Positions 28,489 to 39,900 of a DNA stretch of 64,000 nt are shown here, in pieces. This DNA is from Alphaproteobacteria bacterium (GTDB lineage Bacteria > Pseudomonadota > Alphaproteobacteria > Rs-D84 > SZUA-605): positions 34,271 to 98,270 of the forward strand of contig JAVBPW010000002.1 in assembly GCA_031549385.1 (NCBI GenBank). The letters run 5' to 3'. The translations under genes were made by a program, and so were the position numbers. Under the pieces are notes generated by a model that was not told where the DNA came from, searched no databases, and was given only the letters and a program-made list of their open reading frames with translations. How positions within the stretch are numbered: position 1 is the first letter of the stretch; each line of letters begins with the position of its first letter.

Positions 28489-30846
28489 ATGAACAAAAAA
28501 TCTAGGTTTACTACAGCTATTGCTGTTGCTACAGGTATTTCATTTGCACCATTTAATGTTTTTGCTGATTCACAATTACCAAAACCAGATACTGGTTTTA
28601 AAGGTGAAATTAATACAACTATTTTAAATTCAAAACCATATTGGCCTAAAAGACCTACAGCTCCAAAAGGTGCTCCTAATGTTGTTATTATTATGACTGA
28701 TGATGTTGGTTTTAGTGCTGGATCAACTTGGGGAGGACCTATTAATACTCCTATACAAGATAAATTAGCAAATAGAGGTTTACGTTATAACCAATTTCAT
28801 ACAACTGCTGTTTCATCACCAACTCGTGCTGCTTTATTAACAGGAAGAAATCATCATACTGTTCATACTGCTGGAATTATGGAAGCATCTCTTGGTTATC
28901 CTGGTTGGGATACTTTGATGGGAAAAGATACTGCAACTATTGCTGAAATTTTACGTTTAAGTGGTTATAATACTGCATGGTTTGGAAAAAATCACAATGT
29001 TCCTGATTTTGAAAATAATCCTATTGTTGGTCCTCATGATAGATGGCCAACAAGTTTAGGTTTTGAAAAATTTTATGGATTTATAGGTGGAGAATCTGAT
29101 CAGTATTCACCATATTTATTGCATGATGGTACAGAAAATATTTCACCATATGTAAGTAATCCAAATTATAACTTAAATGAGGATTTATCATTTCAAGCAT
29201 CACATTGGATAAAACAACAAAAATCATTAGCTCCAGATAAGCCTTTCTTTGTTTACTATGTGCCTGGTGGTACTCATGCTCCACATCAAGTACCAGTAAA
29301 ATGGTCAAATAAATATAAAGGAAAATTTGATAAAGGTTGGGATGTGGTTCGTGAAGAAACTTTAGTTCGTCAAAAAAAATTAGGTATTGTTCCTGAAAAT
29401 ACAGCCTTAACTCCACGTCCAGAACAAATTCCAGCTTGGGATTCACTAAGTGCTGCTCAAAAAAAATTGTATGCTCGTCAAATGGAAGTTTATGCAGGAT
29501 ATCTTGAACAAACAGATTATGAAATCGGACAAATGTTAAAGACTATTGAAGACTTAGGGGAAATGGATAATACAGTAGTTATTTATATACAAGGTGACAA
29601 TGGTGCAAGTGGTGAAGGTGCTTTAACTGGATCAGAAAATGAAAATTATGTATTTAATGCTCAAGTTGAAAAATTAGAAGATATAGATCTTGAAAAACTT
29701 GGAACACCTGATGCATATAATCATTATTCTGCAGGATGGGCGCTTGCTATGGATACACCTTTTCAATGGATGAAACAGGTTGCATCTCATTTTGGAGGAT
29801 CAAGAAATGGAATGGTTATTCATTGGCCAAAAGGTATTAAAGCAAAAGGTGAAGTTAGATCACAATTTCATCATGTAATTGATATTGCTCCAACTATACT
29901 TGATATAATAGGAATTGAACAACCAGATAAGGTTAATAGTGTTGAACAAAAACCTATGGAAGGTGTTTCTATGAAATATTCTTTCAAAGATAAGAAAGCT
30001 GAATCAAATCATAAGATTCAATATTTTGAAATTATGGGATATAAAGGACTTTATAATGATGGGTGGATGTTGTCAGCAACTCCTCAATCTGCACCTTGGG
30101 AACAGGGTAAAAAAGATGGTCCTACATCTGATGGTTGGGAATTGTATAATATAAGAGAAGATTTTTCTCAAAGTTATAATTTGGCAACAAAATATCCAGA
30201 AAAAGTAAAAACTATGTCTGAATTATTTGAAGTTGAGGCTGGAAAACATAATGTTTATCCATTATGGGAAAATAGTAAAACTTTCATAGTTGTGGATTCA
30301 AAAAATAGGCCAAATCTTAATGAAGGAAGAACTGAATTTGTATATAGTGGAATAGTAGATCATATTTCAGAAGGAATGGCTCCAAATTTCAAAAACACTT
30401 CATTTAATATTGAAGCTGAAATTGATTTTGCAAAAAATGTTACACCTGAAGGAATGATATTGACTATGGGTGGACGATTTGGTGGATTTGGATTGTGGTT
30501 TGAAAAGGGTGTTATAAAATTTGGTTACAGGAATCCAAGATATAAAGATTATTATGAAATTAAATCAGATAAACCGATTAGTTCTGGAAATCATAAAGTA
30601 AAATTAGAATTTAAATCTGATTTTTCTAAGACTAAAAAACCAGGGGCTGGTGGAAGTGCAACGCTTTATATTGATGGTAAAAAAGTAGCAGAAGGAAGAG
30701 TTGAAAAAACAATACCATTCAGGTTTGGTCTTTCAGAAGGTATGGATGTTGGATGTGATTATGGAACAAGTATGACACCTTCATATAAAGCGCCATTTAA
30801 AATTAATGGAAATTTGAAAAAAGTTGAAGTTAAATTGAAAAAATAA
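28489..30846 (+). CDS. Secreted arylsulfatase, Ser-type
   Basis: PNVVIIMTDDVG, SSPTRAALLTG (SxPxR), GKNH, HAPH, GDNG; signal peptide. Confidence 0.93.
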   Translation: MNKKSRFTTAIAVATGISFAPFNVFADSQLPKPDTGFKGEINTTILNSKPYWPKRPTAPKGAPNVVIIMTDDVGFSAGSTWGGPINTPIQDKLANRGLRYNQFHTTAVSSPTRAALLTGRNHHTVHTAGIMEASLGYPGWDTLMGKDTATIAEILRLSGYNTAWFGKNHNVPDFENNPIVGPHDRWPTSLGFEKFYGFIGGESDQYSPYLLHDGTENISPYVSNPNYNLNEDLSFQASHWIKQQKSLAPDKPFFVYYVPGGTHAPHQVPVKWSNKYKGKFDKGWDVVREETLVRQKKLGIVPENTALTPRPEQIPAWDSLSAAQKKLYARQMEVYAGYLEQTDYEIGQMLKTIEDLGEMDNTVVIYIQGDNGASGEGALTGSENENYVFNAQVEKLEDIDLEKLGTPDAYNHYSAGWALAMDTPFQWMKQVASHFGGSRNGMVIHWPKGIKAKGEVRSQFHHVIDIAPTILDIIGIEQPDKVNSVEQKPMEGVSMKYSFKDKKAESNHKIQYFEIMGYKGLYNDGWMLSATPQSAPWEQGKKDGPTSDGWELYNIREDFSQSYNLATKYPEKVKTMSELFEVEAGKHNVYPLWENSKTFIVVDSKNRPNLNEGRTEFVYSGIVDHISEGMAPNFKNTSFNIEAEIDFAKNVTPEGMILTMGGRFGGFGLWFEKGVIKFGYRNPRYKDYYEIKSDKPISSGNHKVKLEFKSDFSKTKKPGAGGSATLYIDGKKVAEGRVEKTIPFRFGLSEGMDVGCDYGTSMTPSYKAPFKINGNLKKVEVKLKK

Positions 30847-30854
30847 ATAGAAAT

Positions 30855-30886
30855 AAAAAAAACCGTCATAATTGGCGGTTTTTTTT
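30855..30886 (+). terminator. Rho-independent terminator
   Basis: AAAACCGTCA-TAAT-TGGCGGTTTTTTTT. Confidence 0.75.
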
Positions 30887-30966
30887 AATATGTTTAAATT
30901 TTTTTCTTGAATTAGTTTCTGTGAAATAATATAATCTTTCTTATAAAGAAGGGGAATTAAGATAAA

Positions 30967-33900
30967 TTGTATTGTTGTAATTTAAAATTTTTAGGAATTT
31001 TATCTTTTATGCTTTGTGGTTTGTGTGCAAATTTGTATGCAGCAGATTGGCATGTTCCTACTAATTCATTGGAAGCGGCTATTACTTCTGCATCAAATAA
31101 TGATAATATTATAATTGATTCAAATATAATAAGTAATCTTACTTTAACTCCAACGCCTTATGTTATTGATAAGGTTCTTAATTATTCAAGTAATATCCCT
31201 GGTTTATATTCTGTTGGTATGTATGTTAGTACTGTTGCTAATAGTAACAGACATTTTAGTTTTACATCTGGCGCAAGTGGATCTACATTTACAAATCTTG
31301 CTTTAAATAATACTCAAAATGTAGCTGTTGCTAATTCTATATCAAAAGGTGGTGCAATTTATACTGAAGGAGCTGATTTAAGTTTTACAGGTGTAACATT
31401 TGGAGGAAATCAGGGTAATCGTGCATCTGCAGCTGGTGGAGCAATTTATAGTTTAGGTGGAAATTTAATTATTAATGATGCATCTGGCTTTACAAGCAGT
31501 ACTGCTCAAAGTACTACAAGTACTGGAGGAGCTGTTTATATAGAAGATGCTACTTTGGTAACTAATGATACTGTTATTTTTAATACTAACAAGGCTGCTT
31601 TTGGAGGAGGTATTTATTCCAAAAATTCATCTTTGACTTTAAGTAATACAACAAGTTTTACATCAAATCAGGCAACTGGTGGGGTAAATTATGGTGGAGC
31701 TATTTATCTTGATGGCGGAACATTAGTTTTGTCTGGTTCTAATTTTGCTTCAAATACAGCGACTGGTGGAGCTGGTGGAGCTATTTATAATAATTTAGGT
31801 GTTCTAACTGTTGGAGCTTCTGTTTTTAATTTAAATACATCATTGAATGGTGCAGCTATTTACAATACTGGTACTTTGAATAGTGTTGGTCTTGCAACAT
31901 TTACAACTAATACTGCTTCTGGAAGTGGTGGTGCTGTTTATAATACTGGGTCTAACTTGGTTTTTACAGGCACGATATTTACTGGAAATAAATCAACCGG
32001 AGCAAATTTGGGTGGTGGTGCTATTTATAATAGTGGGTGGGATTTAACTATTAATGATGGAACTAGTTTTACTTCAAATACTGCTTCTTCATCAGGTGGT
32101 AAAGGTGGGGCTGTTTATAGTGAAAATGGAAATGTAACTATTGGAGCAGCAGTATTCACATTGAATACTGCATCACAAGGAGCCGCACTTTATGTTTTGA
32201 ATGGAAATATTAATATTGCTGGAACGGTGTCTTTTATGTCAAACACAGCGTCTGCTGCAGGTGGAGCGATATTTATTCAAGGTGTTGATGTGTCTGCTAA
32301 TATTTCTGGGATAGATTCAAATAATGCAGCTTTATTTCAAAATAATATTAGTAGTGGTTCATTTGATGCAAATCGTAAAATTGGTGCAGGTGCAATATTT
32401 TTTGACGGAATAAACGCTGTTACAGATATATCTTTTGATGGAACTTTTAATCCTAATGATTGTTTGTTATGTATTAATTATGCTACATTTGATTCAAATA
32501 AAGCATCTTCAGGATTGGCAGGTGCAATATATATTAATAATACTGTTGCCACAATTTCAAATAGTGTTTTTTCTAATAATTCTACGATATCTTCTAACTC
32601 AATGGGTGGGGCTATTTATAATGGGCCTGGTGCAAAAACATATATCGAAAATACTTCATTTTTGAATAACTTTACAACAGCTGCGTCTGCTTATGGAGGA
32701 GCTATTGCTAATTCTGGTTATATGAAGATGGTTAATGTTACAATTTCTGGAAATTCTTCAAAAACATGGGGAGGGGCAGTTTTAAATTCAGGTAATTTTG
32801 TGCTTGGTGAAGCAGAATTTTATCCAGAAATGACTATTGTAGATAGTTATTTTTATCAAAATTCTTCAACTTCTGGTGGTGGTGGTTTATGTATTGGAGA
32901 TAATGCTATAAAAACAGATGTTATAAACACTAAATTTGTTGAAAATGTAGGTCTTCATGGTGGGGCTTTATATAATGAAACAGTTGCTACAATTATAGGT
33001 TCAGAATTTAAAGATAATATGACTTTAGTAGGTGGACAGGGTGGTGGTGCTATATGGAGTGGGGCTGATTGGGCTATTGGTGAAAAATTAGATATTAGCG
33101 TTGATGATACAGAATTTACTGGAAATAAATCAAATACTGCTGGTGGTGCTGTTTACTTAAATATTTCATCAAGTACAACTGTGGATTTAGATTACCCAAA
33201 TTGGGAATATCCTTCTGTTAATACATTTAAAGTAACAAATTCCACATTTACAAATAACCAGACAATAGTTTCTGGTCATGGCGGTGCTATTTATGGAAGT
33301 GTTACAAAAGGTGGAGATTTAATTCAGGATAGAAAATTGATATTGGATGTTGATAATGTTGTTTTTGATAGTAATTCTGCTGGTGGAAGTGGTGGCGCTG
33401 TTTATGTTACTGCTACTTATGTTGATACAGCTAATAGTAAGATTGGAAGTACAGAAGTAACGATTGAAAATTCAGATTTTGAAAATAATACTGCGGGAGT
33501 TAGTGGTGGAGCTATTTATAATTCTGTAACAGCTGCTGGAACTATAGCTAATATGACTTTGATGGATGTTGATTTTGATAATAACTCTGCAGGAACTAGT
33601 GGTGGTGGTTTATATTTATCTGGACAATCTGCTACAACAATGTTGAATGTTGTTTTATCAAATGTAAGCTTTACTGGAAATCAAGTTAAAAGAGTTGCTA
33701 CTACTGGAACATCTTATGCTTTAACAGGTGGGGCAATTAACAACAATCAATATGTAAATTTGGAATTTCAAAATAATCATAATTTTGACTCAAATGGGAT
33801 TGATGGGTCTTTGACAAATATTGGAACTGGGGCTGCTAATTTTGCTTTGACAATGAATTCTTATGGGGGTGCTTTATATACAGCTAGTAATAGTGTAATA

Positions 33901-36900
33901 AATTTAGGAACTTTTGTTTTTAACTTTACTGATAATTATACAAAAGTTATTGTTAATACAACTAACTCTGGAACTTTTAATTCTACAGCAACAGCAAATT
34001 CTGCTGGTGGTGCTTTTTATGATTCTACAATTGGTACAATAGAATTTAATGCAGGAACTGTATTTGATGGTAATAATGTTAGAGCTGAAGCAAATTCAAT
34101 AAATACTGGAACTGGTGCTGCAACTGCAACTGCAACTGCATATGGTGGAGCTATTTATAATTCTGGAAATGGTATTATTAATATTTATAATTCTTCTTTG
34201 TTTATTGATAATAGTGTTACTTCAGTGGCAACTGCTGTTGGTTTGGGAACAGAGACAATAACTATGAATGCATATGGTGGGGCTATTTATAACACTGGAA
34301 CAAATTCGGAAATAAATATTATTGGGTTGGAAAAAATTGGTGTTGATGAAACTCATGTTGTTTTTAGAGGAAATAGTGCAACTGGTGGAGATACTACAAC
34401 TTTTGGTGGTGCTATTTATAATGCTGGAAAATTAAATGTGAGTTATGCGTTGTTTGAAAATAATACATCTTCAGGTTCTGGTGGTGCTATTTATTCAACA
34501 AATGTATTCAACTTAAATTATGCTGAATTTAAGGGAAATAGTTCAAATATAATGGGTGGTGCTGTTTATATTAATGCTACAACAGGTATTTTTAATCTTT
34601 TGACTTCAATTTTATTTGATAATAATTCATCTTTGGATGGAGGGGCTCTTTATACGAAGACAACCACAAATATTTCAAATACGGTTTTATTTAAAAACAA
34701 TTCTGCTACTCAATATGGTGGAGCATGGTATGTTAGTTCTGGGACTACAACAATTGATGGGGCTGTTTTTGATAATAATTCTGCTGAAAATGGTGGAGCT
34801 GTTTATAATAATGGAACAATGAATATTAATGGTGGAACAAGTTTTATAAATAATTCTTCAACAAGTTTTGGTGGAGCTATTTATACTATGCAAAACTTGA
34901 CTCTTAATTCTACTAATAGTGATATAACTTTTAATAATAACAAAGTTAATGGAATTGGAAATGATATTTATATTGGAGGAACAATTGCACGTGCTATAAT
35001 AATTAATGGTACAGCCAATAATGTTATAATGAATGGAGGGTTTGCAACAAATGGTGCTTCTTCTTCTGGAAATTATACAATTACAAAATCTGGATTGGGA
35101 AGTTTATTAATTACAGCTGATAATTTTGGATTTACAGGAACTTCAACAATATCTGCAGGTCAAGTTATTGTAAATGGAAAATGGATTAATGGTTTAACAA
35201 CTGTTTCAGGAACATCTGCTAATAATACATTGCTTAGAGTAACTAGTGATTCTGTTCATGAAAAAGTTACTATATCAAATACTGGAACTTTTGAACATCT
35301 ATCAACATCTTTAATTTCTTCTGAAATTAACAATGCTAATTTTAAATTTACAGTAGTTACAGGTGGAACAATGAAGTTTATGGCAGATTCTTCATTGGTT
35401 GGACAACTAGCCAAATATAACTTGTTAAATAATTTAGCAAATACTGCTAATGGTTATAATACTGTTTTATTTAAGGATTCTGACGTTACATTTGGAACTA
35501 ATTCTTATCAGAAAATTAGTAATGGCTGGATAAATTATACTTTTCAAAATTCTGTAATTAATTTAAGTAATATGTTGAGTGAAACAACAACATTTACTCA
35601 GGTAACATTAGATAATGCTACATTGTCTTTTGATGCAGGTTTTAAAGCTGATGGAACATTAGAATCTGATAAATTAGCCATTACAACTTTATTGGGAGAT
35701 AATACTATAAAATTAGGATCTGTTTATATAAAAGATGGTCAAAATGATACAGGATTAAATAAAACATATACATCACAGGTCCTTATGCCAGCTGGATTGA
35801 ATTTTGATTCTTCTTTGACTACTACTGTAAAATCAGATATATATGAATATCAAGCGGTTGTAAGTGGAAAAAATATAACACTTACTGTAATTGGAGCTGC
35901 AAATGAAAATTCATTGTATTCTGCAAATGCTAAATTAGGAACACGTGCTTTTAATATGACTTATTTTGGTACCTCACCTTATACATATAATATTGGTCAA
36001 AGCTTGAGTACAACAAATACAGGTACTTTTAATGTTGTAGGAAATTCTGCAGCTACAAGTATTATTTCAGGAATATTAGTGGATTCAACAGGCGTAGTTA
36101 TTGGAAGTAGTGGTTCTTTCTTTGATATTTCTGGTGCTGTTAATTTTACATTGAGTAATGTTAGTGTTGTTGATGCCTATAAAAATGGAAATGGATCTGT
36201 GTTGTTTGTAACAGGAACAGGAGCTACAATTAATTTAAGCAATTTAATACTTGCAAGAAATGAAGTAGATACATATGGTGGAGCTGTTTATAATGAAAAA
36301 ACAATTTCTTTTACTGGTTCAAATCAATTAAATGAAAATTCTGCTGGAAGTGGTGGTGCTATTTACAATCTTAATGGTGGTGTAATTAATTTAACATCAA
36401 CATCTTTTGATCAAAATATTGCTACTTTTAATGGTGGAGCTATTTATAATGCTGGAACAATTTCATTTAGTTCATCATCTCAATTTACTTCAAATACTGC
36501 GTTAAATGGTGGAGCTGTTTATAATACTGGAAATATAACAATCTTAGGGGGTAGTTCATTTACAAATAATACTGTAACAAATAATGGTGGAGCTGTTTGG
36601 AATTCTGGAACTGTGGTATTAAACTCATCTCTTGGAAATATACAATTTTCTGGTAATACAGCAACAGGTAATGGAAATGATATTTATAATGATGGTGGAA
36701 ATATAAATATTAATGGAACAGCAAATGATGTTATTATAGGTGGGGGAATTTCAGGGTATGGAAATATAAATAAATCAGGAAATGGAAGATTATTAATAAA
36801 TGCAAATAGTTCTGGATATATAGGTGTGTTTACTCAAACTGCTGGAACCACTATATTTTCAAGCAACATGTTTAATGGAACAAATAATATTACAGCTGGA

Positions 36901-39900
36901 GTATTGGAACTTGCAAATGGTGGTGTTTTTTCTGCAAATACTGTAGTTGCTTTATCAAATACTGGAATTTTTAACATTACAACAAATTCAAACATTACTT
37001 TAAATAGTGGGAATTTAATTGGGTATAATGGGACTTATGGAGTAGCTAATAAATCAGGAACTGGTGATTTAACTGTTTCTGGTGATAATTCTTTATTTCA
37101 AGGAACTTTTAATCAAACTTCAGGAAGAACTTTTGTTGATGAAACAAGTTTAATGTTTAATGGAATTAATAATATTTCAAACAGTTTGTTGCAGATTACA
37201 TCTTCAAATGTATATGAAAAAGTTAATATTGGTAATAATGGACAATTAATTCATATTTCAAAAACAGAAACAGTTTCAAATATTAATAATACAAATATTA
37301 AATTTACTGGTACTGGCGGAAATATATTTTTTAACTCTGATGCTTCTTTATTAAATGGCACAAATTATAATTTAGTAAATAAAATAGAGAATGGTAATTT
37401 AAATACTATTACTTTTAATGATTCAAATGTATTTCTTGGAAGTAATGATTATACTGGTTCAACTGTTTATAAATTTGATAATTCTGTCATAGATTTAAAT
37501 TCAGGAACAATAACAAATGTAGTTTTTTCAAATACAAATTTAAATAATACAAAACTGTCATTTGATGTAAAGTTTGATATGTCTGGTTCAAATCCTATTT
37601 TATTATCAGATACTTTTAATGCTGGAAGTTTGCTTGGTGACACAGATATAGGTATTGGTATAATCAGAATTTTAAATGATGATGAAGATACTGGATTGTC
37701 TGGAATATATACTTCTCAAGTGTTAACAAATACATCCTCTTTAGTATTTAGTGGTTTATCTGATACTATGTTTTTATCTACTAATGCTTATGAATATGAA
37801 GTAACTACAAATAATAAAAATGTTGTATTATCTGTAATTGGAGCATCAGATATGAATTCGTTATACAGAATGAATGATACTGTAAATAAACGTGGTTTTA
37901 ATATATCTTATTTTTCTGGTTCTACTGTTTACTATAATATAGGACAAAGTTTAGGTACAACTAAAAATGGAGAATTTATAGTTCAAGGTTTTGATAGTGA
38001 TCCAGATCATGGTGTTATTTCTGGTAAAATTGTTGATGTAAATAATGACCCAACTGGTGAATATGGTTCTTTCTTTAAATTAACAGGGTCAACAATATTT
38101 ACATTGAAAAATTTAACTATAGAGGAAGCTTATTCTTTAAATAATGGATCTGTATTGTATATGACAAATGCATCATCAACTGCTTTGTTGGAAAAAATAA
38201 TTATACAAGATAATGAAGTTGTTGAAAATGGTGGTGCTGTTTATGTTAGTGCTGGTTTATTAAGTATAAATAATGCTAGTTTTGATTCAAATATTTCTGG
38301 AATGAATGGTGGTGCTGTTTGGAATTCTTCAAACAATTCAACAATAAATACAACAAAATTTGAAGATAATGAAGCTGTTGGAAATGGTGGTGCTGTTTAT
38401 AATTCTGGAACTATTACTTTTGTTAATCTGATAGAATTTATTTCTAATAAGGCAGTTAATGGGTCAGCTCTTTATAATAGTGGTAGTGTAGATTTTCAAG
38501 GTGAGGTTGATTTATATTCTAATATTGCTAGTGGTAATGGAGCGATATACAATTCAGGAACAGCTGTTTTTAGAGGTATTACAACAATTAGTGGAAATGA
38601 AGCAGTTTCAGGTGGTGCTGTTTATTTGAATACTGGTACGGTTACTTTTAATGGAGTGTCAGATATAACTTCAAATGAAGCTACTACTGGAAATGGTGGA
38701 GCTGTTTATGTTGCTAGTGGTACAACATTGAATATAAATAATAACATGACTGCTTCTTCTAATACCGCAAATTCTGGTTTTGGTGGGGCTATATATTTAG
38801 CAGGTAGTTTGAATTTAGGTGGAGCATCGTCTACAACTATCTCATTTAGTGGAAATTCTGATAGTTCTGGTGATAATGATATTTATATGGTAAATTCTGC
38901 TTTATCAATAAATGGACTAGGAACATATAGTTTTAATAGTGGTATTTCAGGAGATACTGGTTCAAGCATTTCTCTAAGTGGTTCAGGAGCAAGATTCAAT
39001 GCTGAAATGACAGGATTTAATGGAAGTTATACACAAAGTGGTATTTCATCTATTGCTCAGATATATGGAACTTTGAATGCAAATTATACTATTACAAATG
39101 GAACAACTAAGTTTAAAGAGAATGCTTTGTCTTCTGGTAAAACTATAACAGTTAACGGAAATGGTATAGCTCAGTATGAAGGGTTAAATTCTAATAACCT
39201 TGGAACAGTTATAGGAACTGGAACATTGGTTGTTTTAAATACTCTTACAAATACAGGAACTCTTGATGTAGCTACATTACAAATAAATTCAGATCTTGTT
39301 AATAATGGAGTTATTGATTCTGATAATACAACAATAAATGCTGATGTTACTAATAATGCAACTATATCTGGAATAGGAACAACAACTGTAACTTCTGGTG
39401 CAAGTTTGTTAAATCTTGGTACAATTTCACAAAATAAATTAATTATTAATTCCTCTGGTGTTGTGGAAACAGATGCTGATGATATTATAATTGTTAATAA
39501 TATTTCTAATAATGGAACACTGATATTTAACTCTGGAGATAATTCCAATATAATTTCTGGTACTGGTATTGTTTCAATTACTGGAATTGTTGGAAATACT
39601 GCTTTGATTTCAACAAACAATTTAGAAATAGTTTCTGGCGCTGAGTTTAGTTCTGATATATCAAAATTAGCAATTATTAACCCAATAGAAAATGAAGGTG
39701 TTTTAAATTTATCCGGTAATGGCAGTTGGACAAAATCTGTTGTTGGAAATGATGGAATAATAACATTTGCTTCTGGAACAATTAATAATACTGCAGTTAT
39801 TCAACAAAAAGGTTTTATTGTTAAGAGTGATGGACAGTTATCTACTGATGGAAGTTTAATACAAACAAATACAGATGGTGTTTTAGTAAATGGTATTTTA

